Of a stretch of 61,891 nt of DNA, positions 6,983 through 15,603 are shown piece by piece. Source of the DNA: Candidatus Kaiserbacteria bacterium. Lineage in GTDB: Bacteria; Patescibacteriota; Minisyncoccia; Phycocordibacterales; UBA918. Each line of letters begins with the position of its first letter. The stretch's first letter is position 1. The translations under genes were made by a program, and so were the position numbers. Below the pieces are notes generated by a model. It was not told where the DNA came from. It saw only the letters and a program-made list of their open reading frames with translations, and made no database searches. The DNA lies in NCBI GenBank assembly GCA_031423775.1, contig JANPGF010000057.1:1-61891 (forward strand), given 5' to 3'.

Positions 6983-9295
6983 ATGACTTCGTTTGATCCT
7001 GAAAAAATTACCTTCTTTGCCAAGACTGATGCTCGTGGTAAGCATGTGCAGTTTGGTATTAAGGCCAAAGACCGTCAGCGCCACATGTATGTGGTCGGCA
7101 AGACTGGGATGGGTAAATCTACCCTGCTTGAAAACATGGCGGTGCAGGATATTCAGAATGGGGAGGGGATGGCGTTTATTGACCCGCACGGTTCTGCTGC
7201 TGAGACCTTACTCGAATATGTTCCTGAACACCGGGTAAACGACGTTGTTTATTTCGCGCCGTTTGACCTCGATAATCCGATTTCTTTTAACGTGATGGAA
7301 GACGTTGGTCAGGATAAGCGACACCTCGTGGTGTCGGGACTCATGTCTACCTTTAAGAAAATTTGGGTAGACGCTTGGAGTGCGCGTATGGAGTACATCC
7401 TAACCAATGCCCTATTGGTACTGATTGAGTATCCAGACACAACACTCCTCTCGGTCAACCGTATTTTTAATGATAAAGCCTTTCGCTTGAAGGTGGTTGA
7501 TTACTGTACTGATGCAGCGGTAAAGTCATTTTGGGTTGATGAATTTGCTAACTACACAGAACGATTTGCTGCCGAGGCACTACCAGCGATTCAAAATAAA
7601 ATTGGTCAGTTTACGGGGAATCCACTGATCCGTAATATCATCGGACAACCACACTCCAGTTTCGATTTTCGTGAAATGATGGACAAGAAAAAGATTGTGA
7701 TCATGAACCTCTCAAAAGGTCTCATTGGTGAAACGAATGCTAATTTGCTTGGGTCAATGCTCACTACCCGTATATATCTCGCTGCGATGAGTCGGGCTAA
7801 TTTGCCTGTGGCCGAAATGAAAAAGATGCCAAACTTTTATTTCTACGTGGACGAATTCCAATCGTTTGCGAATGCCACATTTGCCAATATTTTGTCTGAG
7901 GCGCGAAAATACCACCTCAACCTCATTATTGCGCACCAGTATATCGAACAAATGGAAGAAGAAGTGCGAGATGCGGTGTTCGGAAACGTTGGTACGACTA
8001 TCGCTTTTCGGGTTGGTCCATTTGATGCAGAGACGCTTGAAACCGTATTTACGCCTCGTTTCCTCGCGGCAGATTTGGTGAATCTTGGATTTGCACAGAT
8101 TTACCTCACTCTTATGATCGATGGCATTGGGTCTCAACCGTTCTCAGCGGTGACGTTACCTCCGATTGCACTGCCGGCTGTATCTTGTCGTAATATGGTA
8201 ATTGCTGCCAGCCGTAAAAATTATACCCATCCCCGCGAAGAGGTGGAGAAGATTGTGCTGGAATTACACACACCAGTCAAAGAGGAGAAAAAGCCGCCAA
8301 TGGTAAAGCCTGCGGTAAAGGTAAATGGGGTAGTGTCTGTCGTTGACGAAAAAAAAACGACTGGTTGGAACTCCCCGAAACCTTCGACGACATCGAGCCG
8401 ACCAGCCATTCCTAGACCAGTTCCTGCTGCAACCCCAACAACAACTGCGACAACGACAGTTACTGCTACAGCAGTTGCTACTGAATCAGTCGTAACAACG
8501 GTAGAGTCAGTTCCTACAACAACACCTGCAATTGCTCCAACTCCAACTCCAACTCCAACTCCAACTCCAACTCCAACTCCAACTCCAACTCCAACTCCAA
8601 CTCCAACTCCAACTCCAACTAGTGTTTCTTCCCCAGTAGTTTCGCCTGTCTCTCGAGAAGATCGGGGGCAATCAAATTCGACCACTCGTCGTCCGGTAAC
8701 ACCGATTATGGCAGTAACGGTTAATGGTCGAAATACTCCCCGGACACAAAATTCTCGGCCGCCTGGTCCTTCGGCAAATCGGCCAGCACCTAAAGCAACG
8801 GCTTCTGTCGACGATCTCAAAAGTATTTTAGCCCGCATTGCAAAAACCCCCGCTGAATCCGAGAAGCCTAAATCACCACTAGCTAATAAAACTGGCGCTG
8901 CTCCATCTGCGGCTGCGGTGTCTCCATTACAGGCCGCCCTGGCTTCTCTTGAAAAAGTTGATCAGAGTGCACCACGTGAATTACCGCCTAGACCTGTGTC
9001 GGCTGCATCCCTGCCGCCACTTTCTCATGTTGACCGAATCACGGCAGAATACATGGCAGCAGAAACGGAAGCTGCCTTTGCCGCCCTTGAAACCAAACAT
9101 ACACAGAGTGTTGCAGCAGCCCCCGTACCTGAGTCGTCACCAATCGTGTCTCCCTTCACTCCTCAATCAGTGACCGCTAAGACTGAAAAAAAAGTAACAA
9201 CTGCGCATCATAAACCGAAGTCAGATGAGGTGGATCCGAAAAAGGTAGCTAAATTACTGAAACATGCTGGCAATGAACGCTCACCATTCCGATAG
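6983..9295 (+). CDS. VirD4/TraD/HerA-like P-loop ATPase with long Pro/Thr/Ala-rich disordered C-terminal tail
   Basis: Walker A VVGKTGMGKST, Walker B FYFYVDEFQSF, and RKYHLNLIIAHQ typical of coupling-protein/DUF87-type ATPases. From about aa 440 the sequence is low complexity and includes (PT)14. Confidence 0.65.
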   Translation: MTSFDPEKITFFAKTDARGKHVQFGIKAKDRQRHMYVVGKTGMGKSTLLENMAVQDIQNGEGMAFIDPHGSAAETLLEYVPEHRVNDVVYFAPFDLDNPISFNVMEDVGQDKRHLVVSGLMSTFKKIWVDAWSARMEYILTNALLVLIEYPDTTLLSVNRIFNDKAFRLKVVDYCTDAAVKSFWVDEFANYTERFAAEALPAIQNKIGQFTGNPLIRNIIGQPHSSFDFREMMDKKKIVIMNLSKGLIGETNANLLGSMLTTRIYLAAMSRANLPVAEMKKMPNFYFYVDEFQSFANATFANILSEARKYHLNLIIAHQYIEQMEEEVRDAVFGNVGTTIAFRVGPFDAETLETVFTPRFLAADLVNLGFAQIYLTLMIDGIGSQPFSAVTLPPIALPAVSCRNMVIAASRKNYTHPREEVEKIVLELHTPVKEEKKPPMVKPAVKVNGVVSVVDEKKTTGWNSPKPSTTSSRPAIPRPVPAATPTTTATTTVTATAVATESVVTTVESVPTTTPAIAPTPTPTPTPTPTPTPTPTPTPTPTPTPTSVSSPVVSPVSREDRGQSNSTTRRPVTPIMAVTVNGRNTPRTQNSRPPGPSANRPAPKATASVDDLKSILARIAKTPAESEKPKSPLANKTGAAPSAAAVSPLQAALASLEKVDQSAPRELPPRPVSAASLPPLSHVDRITAEYMAAETEAAFAALETKHTQSVAAAPVPESSPIVSPFTPQSVTAKTEKKVTTAHHKPKSDEVDPKKVAKLLKHAGNERSPFR
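8537..8620 (+). repeat. Perfect hexanucleotide repeat (CCAACT)x14 inside the ATPase CDS
   Basis: Read directly: 14 uninterrupted CCAACT units encoding (Pro-Thr)14. Confidence 0.95.
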
Positions 9296-9303
9296 AATAG
9301 TTT

Positions 9304-9494
9304 AAAAACCTTATCTGCTGCGTTGTCTTCGTTGCTCAAACAGTCAACGTACAAAAAGTACGTCTCGTGTTTTCGTTCCTCTCTTCCTTACAGGAACTGT
9401 CCAGTCATTGGCTCGTTTATTTCGCTGCTCTCGCAAACCACCTCAATGACTCTTGCGGAAGCTGGCCGCTTCCTCACTTGCATCTAAGGCTTTT
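9304..9494 (+). other. Candidate structured intergenic element (CGTTGT...CGTAC-N5-GTACG family), copy A
   Basis: Long-range pairing 9304-9318 / 9480-9494 (12 of 15 bp). Hairpins are ACGTAC/GTACGT (9347-9363), GTTCCT/AGGAAC (9375-9397, loop contains TTCCTT), AGTCATTG/CAATGACT (9403-9451) and GGAAGC/GCTTCC (9457-9473). Confidence 0.4.
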
Positions 9495-9553
9495 AATTCT
9501 ATTCTAAATAGTAAGGGGTACCTTATACTGTGGGATTTGATACTATAGAGGGT

Positions 9554-10429
9554 ATGCAAAAAACGATACTAGTTACGGGCGGGGCAGGGTTTGTTGGTTC
9601 GCATCTCTGTGAGCGTTTGGTATCTTTTGGGTTTCGGGTTATTTCACTTGATAATTATTTTACAGGGAGCGTTGATAATCATGTAGCTGGCGTTGAATAT
9701 CGAGTTGGTCATACCAAGGATATTAGAGCACTCGTGCCAGAACAGATTGAGGTGATTTATCATTTGGGTGAATATTCACGAATTGCACCGAGTCTCGAAG
9801 AACCAGCGCTCGTCTGGGATTTAAATATTACTGGTACTTGTGCCGTTCTCGAATTTTGGCGTGCTCAAAAATGTAAACTAGTGTACGCCGGTTCATCCAC
9901 AAAATTTGTCGAAGCGACTGAGGCTGGGGAAGTGGATGGTCGCGACCGTGCCCCTTATAATTTTGCGAAAGCGATGAATTCAGAATTGGTCCATAACTAT
10001 GGTCGTTGGTATGACCTTGAGTATTCGATTGCCTATTTTTATAACGTCTATGGCCAGCGGGAACGAGCAGGGCAGTTTACTGGCGCGTATGGCACAGTGG
10101 TTGAAACATTTCGACAGTGCGCACTTGCACATACTCCGTGTACTATTAATGGCACTGGGGAGCAGACACGTGCCTTTACGCATGTATCTGATACGGTTGA
10201 CGCACTCATTATCATTGCCGATAAAGGTGGACGAGAAGAGTATGCTATCTCTGCTCGAGAAGCATACTCACTTAATCAGTTAGCGGATATGTTTGGTCTG
10301 GAAAAACAGTATAATTCCGCCACCGCATCGACTCGTTCGTCAGGAGCAGATAATACATCGAAACTTGAAGCTCTCGGTTGGAGTCAGCAGCATACACTCA
10401 CAGAATACGTCAAAACTTCCATTGGTTGA
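9554..10429 (+). CDS. NAD-dependent nucleotide-sugar epimerase/dehydratase (extended SDR, UXS/GalE-like)
   Basis: ILVTGGAGFVGSHL Rossmann motif, DNYFTG, and catalytic YNFAK (YxxxK). Start chosen at MQKT after AGAGGG. Confidence 0.8.
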   Translation: MQKTILVTGGAGFVGSHLCERLVSFGFRVISLDNYFTGSVDNHVAGVEYRVGHTKDIRALVPEQIEVIYHLGEYSRIAPSLEEPALVWDLNITGTCAVLEFWRAQKCKLVYAGSSTKFVEATEAGEVDGRDRAPYNFAKAMNSELVHNYGRWYDLEYSIAYFYNVYGQRERAGQFTGAYGTVVETFRQCALAHTPCTINGTGEQTRAFTHVSDTVDALIIIADKGGREEYAISAREAYSLNQLADMFGLEKQYNSATASTRSSGADNTSKLEALGWSQQHTLTEYVKTSIG

Positions 10430-10479
10430 TTTTTCTGTTTTCTATTGTACTATGTCGGTAGTATGATCAGGAGGGTTTG

Positions 10480-10956
10480 ATGACACATCTCGTACGTGAA
10501 GATCTGAAAGGTGAGTACATTGAGGCAACAATGAAACCGATGCCAAATGGTGAGGTACGTTGCCGGCTAAAGTCAAAAACTACGCTTGATATGCAGACAC
10601 GCGCTGTGCATGCGACACGTGCTACCAGACTGTCCTGGCAAGGTCAGTTCCATCGTCATCTTCATCAGAAAGAGCAGTACTTGGTTGTACAGGGCTCAAT
10701 TGCGTCGGTAAGCTGTTCGTTTGATGGTAACGATCCGACTGTCACTGGGAGGCTCCATAGTTCTGGAACAATTGTGACGTTTTATGCTGGTGTGTGGCAT
10801 GACATCTTGACCACCCCTGGTTCGGAGTTTGTGACACTGCAGATTGCTGAGTCTGATACTGATGTTGAAGGTGATCGGGAAGTGATGTCTGAAATCCCCG
10901 AGGCCGTAACAGCTGAAAAAGAACGACTATTCAACTTTTTGTTTGAGAGGTACTGA
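10480..10956 (+). CDS. Cupin-fold protein (possible sugar ketoisomerase/epimerase)
   Basis: AGGAGGG RBS. FHRHLHQKEQYLVVQG...VWHD resembles a cupin metal motif. It sits next to an SDR sugar enzyme. Confidence 0.4.
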   Translation: MTHLVREDLKGEYIEATMKPMPNGEVRCRLKSKTTLDMQTRAVHATRATRLSWQGQFHRHLHQKEQYLVVQGSIASVSCSFDGNDPTVTGRLHSSGTIVTFYAGVWHDILTTPGSEFVTLQIAESDTDVEGDREVMSEIPEAVTAEKERLFNFLFERY

Positions 10957-10961
10957 GAGAT

Positions 10962-10999
10962 CCCAGCGCACAAATTCGTGCGCTGGGCTTTATTTTTTT
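10962..10999 (+). terminator. Rho-independent terminator
   Basis: CCCAGCGCAC / GTGCGCTGGG 10-bp stem followed by a T-rich tail. Confidence 0.8.
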
Positions 11000-11018
11000 G
11001 TATACTACATGAATATCT

Positions 11019-12200
11019 ATGACACAAAAAATTCTTATTTTCTCGCTCGCGTACTATCCGAGTTTTGTATCAGGAGCTGAGGCGGCTGTCAAAGAAATCA
11101 CTGAACGGATTTCGCCGGATGATATTTCTTTTCAGATGATTACGTTACGGTTTGAACCGAACGCTCTTTCGGTCGAACAGATTGGTAATGTACTGGTGCA
11201 CCGCGTTGGGAAAGGTGGTGGTAAGTTTGATAAGGTGTTGTTTTTATTCAAAGCTGCCTCGAAGGCTCGTCAGCTCCATAGAGAAGTGCAGTTTACCGGC
11301 ATGTGGGGACTCATGTCATACATGAGTATTCCAATTACGTTTGCTCGCATGCTCGGCGTACGAGTGCCGTATGTCATGACGCTCCAGGATGGTGATCCTT
11401 ATGACAAGGTATTTAAACGAAAATCTATTCTCCCGTTTGTACCATTTATAAATCAAGGCTTTCGAAAAGCGAGTGTATTTCAAGTAATTTCAGATCATCT
11501 CGCTGCCTGGCCAGGGATGCGTGGCTATACGGGTCCTGTCGTCAAGATTTTCAACGGTGCCAATCCCGCCGCTATCAAAGAAGACTCGTATACTGAGACT
11601 GAAATTACTACTCTTAAAACTGAACTAGGAAAAAAGGAGGGTGAAATATGGCTCGTCAACACCGCCCGTTTGGTTCATCAAAAAGCGTTCGATAGTGTGA
11701 TTCGAGCATTGCTACTTTTGCCAGCACACATAAAGTTTATGGCAGTGGGGCAGGGAGAGGAAGAACAGATGTTGAAGACGCTCACCAAAGAATTAAGTCT
11801 CGAAGATCGAGTAATTTTTACGGGACAAGTTGATCGGTCGGTGGTGACCAAGTATCGACTGGTGAGTGATATTTTTGTCATGCCGAGTCGGTCGGAAGGA
11901 TTGGGAAATGCAGGGTTATCAGCCCTTGCCTCACGATTACCATTTATTACGACCGCGGCGGACGGTCTCGCTGAATACTCATTTGCAACAGATGTTGAAA
12001 GTCCGTATGGCCGAACAGCATGGGTAGTACCAATTGACGATTCACAAGCGATTGCTGACGCGGTCGTAGATATACTCGCACATCCTGATGAAGCGCACCG
12101 AGTTGCGGATAACGCTCGGCGGATGGTGGTCGAAGTCTATAATTGGGACGTGATTGCGAAAAAGATGCAGATCGAAGTATTTTCGCTGCTTACTAAATAA
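11019..12200 (+). CDS. Glycosyltransferase, GT4 family (GT-B)
   Basis: The C-terminal half ...FVMPSRSEGLGNAGLSALASRLPFITT... is a typical Glycos_transf_1 E-x7-E region. Confidence 0.8.
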   Translation: MTQKILIFSLAYYPSFVSGAEAAVKEITERISPDDISFQMITLRFEPNALSVEQIGNVLVHRVGKGGGKFDKVLFLFKAASKARQLHREVQFTGMWGLMSYMSIPITFARMLGVRVPYVMTLQDGDPYDKVFKRKSILPFVPFINQGFRKASVFQVISDHLAAWPGMRGYTGPVVKIFNGANPAAIKEDSYTETEITTLKTELGKKEGEIWLVNTARLVHQKAFDSVIRALLLLPAHIKFMAVGQGEEEQMLKTLTKELSLEDRVIFTGQVDRSVVTKYRLVSDIFVMPSRSEGLGNAGLSALASRLPFITTAADGLAEYSFATDVESPYGRTAWVVPIDDSQAIADAVVDILAHPDEAHRVADNARRMVVEVYNWDVIAKKMQIEVFSLLTK

Positions 12201-12208
12201 TTATCTGT

Positions 12209-12751
12209 ATGACTCTCTACCAAACTGCCCTGACGCTCGCTGTAGATGCGCATGCCGGACAAATTCGCAAACATAATGGCACACCGTATATTGTGCACCC
12301 GATTATGGTCGCTCGGATTGTTGAGGCGGCTGGTTATACTGAAGATGTTGTGTCAGCCGCCCTGTTACATGATGTGCTCGAAGATACTACAGTGACAGCA
12401 GAAACTATCGAAACTGTTACTGGTACTGAGGTACTTCATATGGTGCAGGCTCTCTCTGAAGAGAAGGGAATGGAATGGCGAGCACGTAAGGCGTTGTATA
12501 TTGAAACGGTGGTGGCTGCAGGTGAATCAGTGTGGGCTATTTCGGTATCAGATAAAATCCATAATGCGGAGTCACTTCTGGCTTTTCATGCAGAAGTGGG
12601 GAATCAAGCGTGGAGTGTTTTTAATAAAGGAAAAGCCGATAAAATCTGGTTTGAAGAAACATTGCTGGCGGCGTTACAAAAAGTCTGGCAACATCCTTTG
12701 TTGGAACAATATGCGGCACTGGTACAGAAGATGCAGTTGTTAGAAGCTTAG
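12209..12751 (+). CDS. HD-domain (p)ppGpp hydrolase-like protein (small alarmone hydrolase type)
   Basis: AHAGQIRKHNGTPYIVHPIMVA...AALLHDVLEDT matches the RelA/SpoT hydrolase (HD) domain. There is no synthetase domain. Confidence 0.7.
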   Translation: MTLYQTALTLAVDAHAGQIRKHNGTPYIVHPIMVARIVEAAGYTEDVVSAALLHDVLEDTTVTAETIETVTGTEVLHMVQALSEEKGMEWRARKALYIETVVAAGESVWAISVSDKIHNAESLLAFHAEVGNQAWSVFNKGKADKIWFEETLLAALQKVWQHPLLEQYAALVQKMQLLEA

Positions 12752-13851
12752 TGGAGGCCTTTCTGGCGGCGTTTTTCTTCGTCACTGCGGAGGTTGTCGC
12801 GAGTGGTTTGGTAAGCCGTTACAATGTCCCGTGAGACACGCGTGTTGTGTAATTCAGCAGTGAGTACATCGGTCCAAAATTGTATCCGGGTTGTATTGAG
12901 TGTCAGCAGTTCGTTCTCGCTTCGGCCTAGTGTCTTTGTGTAGTAGGTAATGAGCTCTGCGAGACGGAACAATCTCATTAATTGTAATGACTCGCGTTCT
13001 TCAGGTGCTCGGTTTGCTTCGACATAGTCCAAAAGTGTATTTTCGAGGGCAGGGTTGTAGAGCGTCATAAAGTTCAGAAATCGTGCCCAGCCCTCGTGTT
13101 TATTTCCAAAACGAATGGCAGAGAAATCGAGGAGGTAGAGCTGCTCGTTTTTAATCCGGAAATTATGAGGGACAAAATCAGTGTGCGTTAAAAAACCGCA
13201 GTACTGTTCGATACGTTCTTGCCCTTGTTCTAGTCTAGCTACTACCTTTTTTAGTAGTGTGTGTGCATCATGTGTTGTCGGTAATACTGAGATACCGCTT
13301 GCAAATTGAGTACCGAGCGTTAGGTAGTCGACACTGGTTTTGTACCCAAAGGTTTTTGAAATATGCCGCACGTGTCCGCTGGTTGTGGCGCGAGAATGTT
13401 CTTGCGCTTTGAATGATGTAAGAGCGTACGTAAATTGTTCAGTCAGGGGACGTTCCAAAAAGGTAGTGTCTTGTTCGATGTATTCTTGCACGTTGATGAC
13501 AAACCCAGCCTCTTCGAGGTGGAGGAGTTCAGATGGAGCAGCAAATACGTTATATGCAAAATTGAGTTCATTAATGAGTGACCGACAAAGTCGTTCGTGC
13601 GTAATTTCATTTTTGCCTACGGTGTCACGTGTAGCTTTGATAATGACCGGGTGACCGTTCTGATCATTACCCCGCAGAATTAATTTTTGTCCGCCGACGG
13701 TGGTTACTGCTTGCATTAAAAATCGTTCCCCAATGGTATGCGGTTGTACCGTATCGAGAGTAAAGCCAGAGCTCGCCAGTATCGGCGAAAGCACTGCAAG
13801 CTCGCTTGCAATATAGGTATCCCAGGAGGCTTTGTTAGTGACGAGTACCAT
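12748..13851 (-). CDS. Aminoglycoside/choline-kinase-like (APH fold) phosphotransferase
   Basis: HTDFVPHNFRI (catalytic H-x-D-x4-N) and LLDFS (DFG-like). Start placed at MVLVTNK (13851), overlapping the upstream gene by 17 nt. Confidence 0.65.
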   Translation of the reverse strand: MVLVTNKASWDTYIASELAVLSPILASSGFTLDTVQPHTIGERFLMQAVTTVGGQKLILRGNDQNGHPVIIKATRDTVGKNEITHERLCRSLINELNFAYNVFAAPSELLHLEEAGFVINVQEYIEQDTTFLERPLTEQFTYALTSFKAQEHSRATTSGHVRHISKTFGYKTSVDYLTLGTQFASGISVLPTTHDAHTLLKKVVARLEQGQERIEQYCGFLTHTDFVPHNFRIKNEQLYLLDFSAIRFGNKHEGWARFLNFMTLYNPALENTLLDYVEANRAPEERESLQLMRLFRLAELITYYTKTLGRSENELLTLNTTRIQFWTDVLTAELHNTRVSRDIVTAYQTTRDNLRSDEEKRRQKGLH

Positions 13852-14383
13852 GTGTGAGGTATTTGTTAATTGTAGCGATGTGGTTCGTCCAGGCGGCTTC
13901 GTACCGGATTTCTGTCTGCGCTGGCTGCGGGATAAGAGGATGGATTTCTGGACGTAGTAATTGACCAAAGGCTCCGGTGAGCGTGACTGTTCCCTGTGCA
14001 CGATATCTCAGCCAGCTATGGATAGATGCGTACAGTCCGGTGTGTGTAATAGTGTCTGAACTGAGGAGTAGTATCGGTTTTGTAGTAAAAAACGAGAGTG
14101 CTAACGCTGCAAGTTCCGTAGACGGGCCGTTTGTAACAATAAACCAATCAGTCGTTTTGCGTACTGAAAGAAGTGCTCGGAACATTTGCCAGAGGCGGGT
14201 TAGAGTACCAGCACGTTTATCAATAGTGATGAATAAGACGTTGTGTACCTGTTCGGGAAGGTGGCCAAAGAGTGCAACGGTGACCGTGTGCTCAGTTCCT
14301 AGTCTGGTGATGAGATCTTTGTGATAGCTCGCCACGTCGTGGACGTCGGGAGGAAAGAGTGGGGTGACAACCGTAAGGCGCAT
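13835..14383 (-). CDS. GT-B N-terminal-half-like protein (182 aa, stand-alone)
   Basis: MRLTVVTPLFPPDVHDVASY... is a typical GT4 N-domain start. The protein ends before any nucleotide-sugar-binding C-domain. Confidence 0.45.
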   Translation of the reverse strand: MRLTVVTPLFPPDVHDVASYHKDLITRLGTEHTVTVALFGHLPEQVHNVLFITIDKRAGTLTRLWQMFRALLSVRKTTDWFIVTNGPSTELAALALSFFTTKPILLLSSDTITHTGLYASIHSWLRYRAQGTVTLTGAFGQLLRPEIHPLIPQPAQTEIRYEAAWTNHIATINKYLTHGTRH

Positions 14384-14476
14384 ATGGAGTCTAGTATACC
14401 GCACTCAGTCTGGGTTCCGCCACGGCATTTATATGTCGTAGTTTCAAGGTGGGCAAAATGGTATACTTTGTTTTAT

Positions 14477-15592
14477 ATGAAGATTTTACTTGCGGCCGGT
14501 CTCTATCCTCCCGATATAGGTGGTCCGGCTACCTATGCGGAACTGGTTGCAACTGAATTACCAAAGCGAAATATTGAAGTCGCGGTCGTTCCATACCGAC
14601 AGGTCCGCACGGTACCCAAAGTATTTCGCCATATAGCGTATGCTTGGAAACTCTGGCGCGCGAGCCATGATGTGCAGGCAATTTTTGCCTTGGATCCGAT
14701 GAGTGTCGGAGTGCCGGCTCGGGTAGTTGCTCTGCTACGGCACGTACCGTTTGTAGTACGGCTCGGTGGTGATTATGTGTGGGAGCAGGGGGTGCAGCGA
14801 TTTGGTGTCACCGATACGCTTGATGTCTATACTGCGCGGACTAACACTCGACCGCTTTCTGTACGTCTGCTCGCACGTGTACAAACCTGGGTAACACGCG
14901 GCGCGTCAGCTGTGATTTTGCCGAGTAAGTATTTAGAGCAAATCGTGCTCACATGGGGGATTGATCCGGCGCGGACACACGTGGTGTATAGCGCAGTCAC
15001 TCCCTGTCAGGTGACCGAGACACGCGCTGATATTCGAACAGAGTATGGACTCACGAGTCCGGTACTCGTATCAATTGCTCGTCTCACACCGTGGAAGGGA
15101 TTTCGAACTCTGATTGATGTAGTGGCGCGTCGAGTAGCACACGGGGACGTGACAACGCTCGTGATTGGTGGTGACGGTCCCGATCGTGCGGCGCTCGAAC
15201 ACTATGTGCATGATCGTGATGTGACGGCACATGTTCGTTTTACCGGCGCACTCACTCATGATCAGGTATTTCGCTATATCAAAGCAGCTGATATCTTCCT
15301 CTTGAATACTGCATACGAAGGACTCTCTCATCAGCTGCAGGAAGTGATGTCGATTGGGACTCCGATTATTACCACCCCTGTTGGTGGCAATCCAGAACTC
15401 ATTACGGATGGTGTCGAAGGACTCTTGGTTCCGGTTGACGATGTAGCGGGTTTTGATACTGCGATCGACCGTCTATTGGCGGAGGCTGAGGTGTGTGACG
15501 AAATGACGGCTGCGGCACGAGCGCGTCTCGCTCATTTTGCTCCCGACGCTTCGATGAGTACTCTCGTAACTTTGCTTAAGAGTGTCGTGTAA
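14477..15592 (+). CDS. Glycosyltransferase, GT4 family
   Basis: Internal start MKILLAAGLYPPDIGGPATY. C-domain ...NTAYEGLSHQLQEVMSIGTPIITTPVGGNPE. Confidence 0.8.
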   Translation: MKILLAAGLYPPDIGGPATYAELVATELPKRNIEVAVVPYRQVRTVPKVFRHIAYAWKLWRASHDVQAIFALDPMSVGVPARVVALLRHVPFVVRLGGDYVWEQGVQRFGVTDTLDVYTARTNTRPLSVRLLARVQTWVTRGASAVILPSKYLEQIVLTWGIDPARTHVVYSAVTPCQVTETRADIRTEYGLTSPVLVSIARLTPWKGFRTLIDVVARRVAHGDVTTLVIGGDGPDRAALEHYVHDRDVTAHVRFTGALTHDQVFRYIKAADIFLLNTAYEGLSHQLQEVMSIGTPIITTPVGGNPELITDGVEGLLVPVDDVAGFDTAIDRLLAEAEVCDEMTAAARARLAHFAPDASMSTLVTLLKSVV

Positions 15593-15603
15593 TACATATT
15601 TAT

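Noticed and set aside
8221-8838. 205-aa minus-strand ORF rich in GVGVGV.
   Set aside because: It is the antisense shadow of the (CCAACT)14 / Pro-Thr-rich region of the + strand ATPase gene, which has strong N-terminal motif support.
6983-9295. A VirD4-like ATPase as a marker of an integrative conjugative element.
   Set aside because: No relaxase, VirB4, integrase, att-like repeats or other transfer genes are present in the window. The neighbours are cell-wall and sugar-nucleotide genes.
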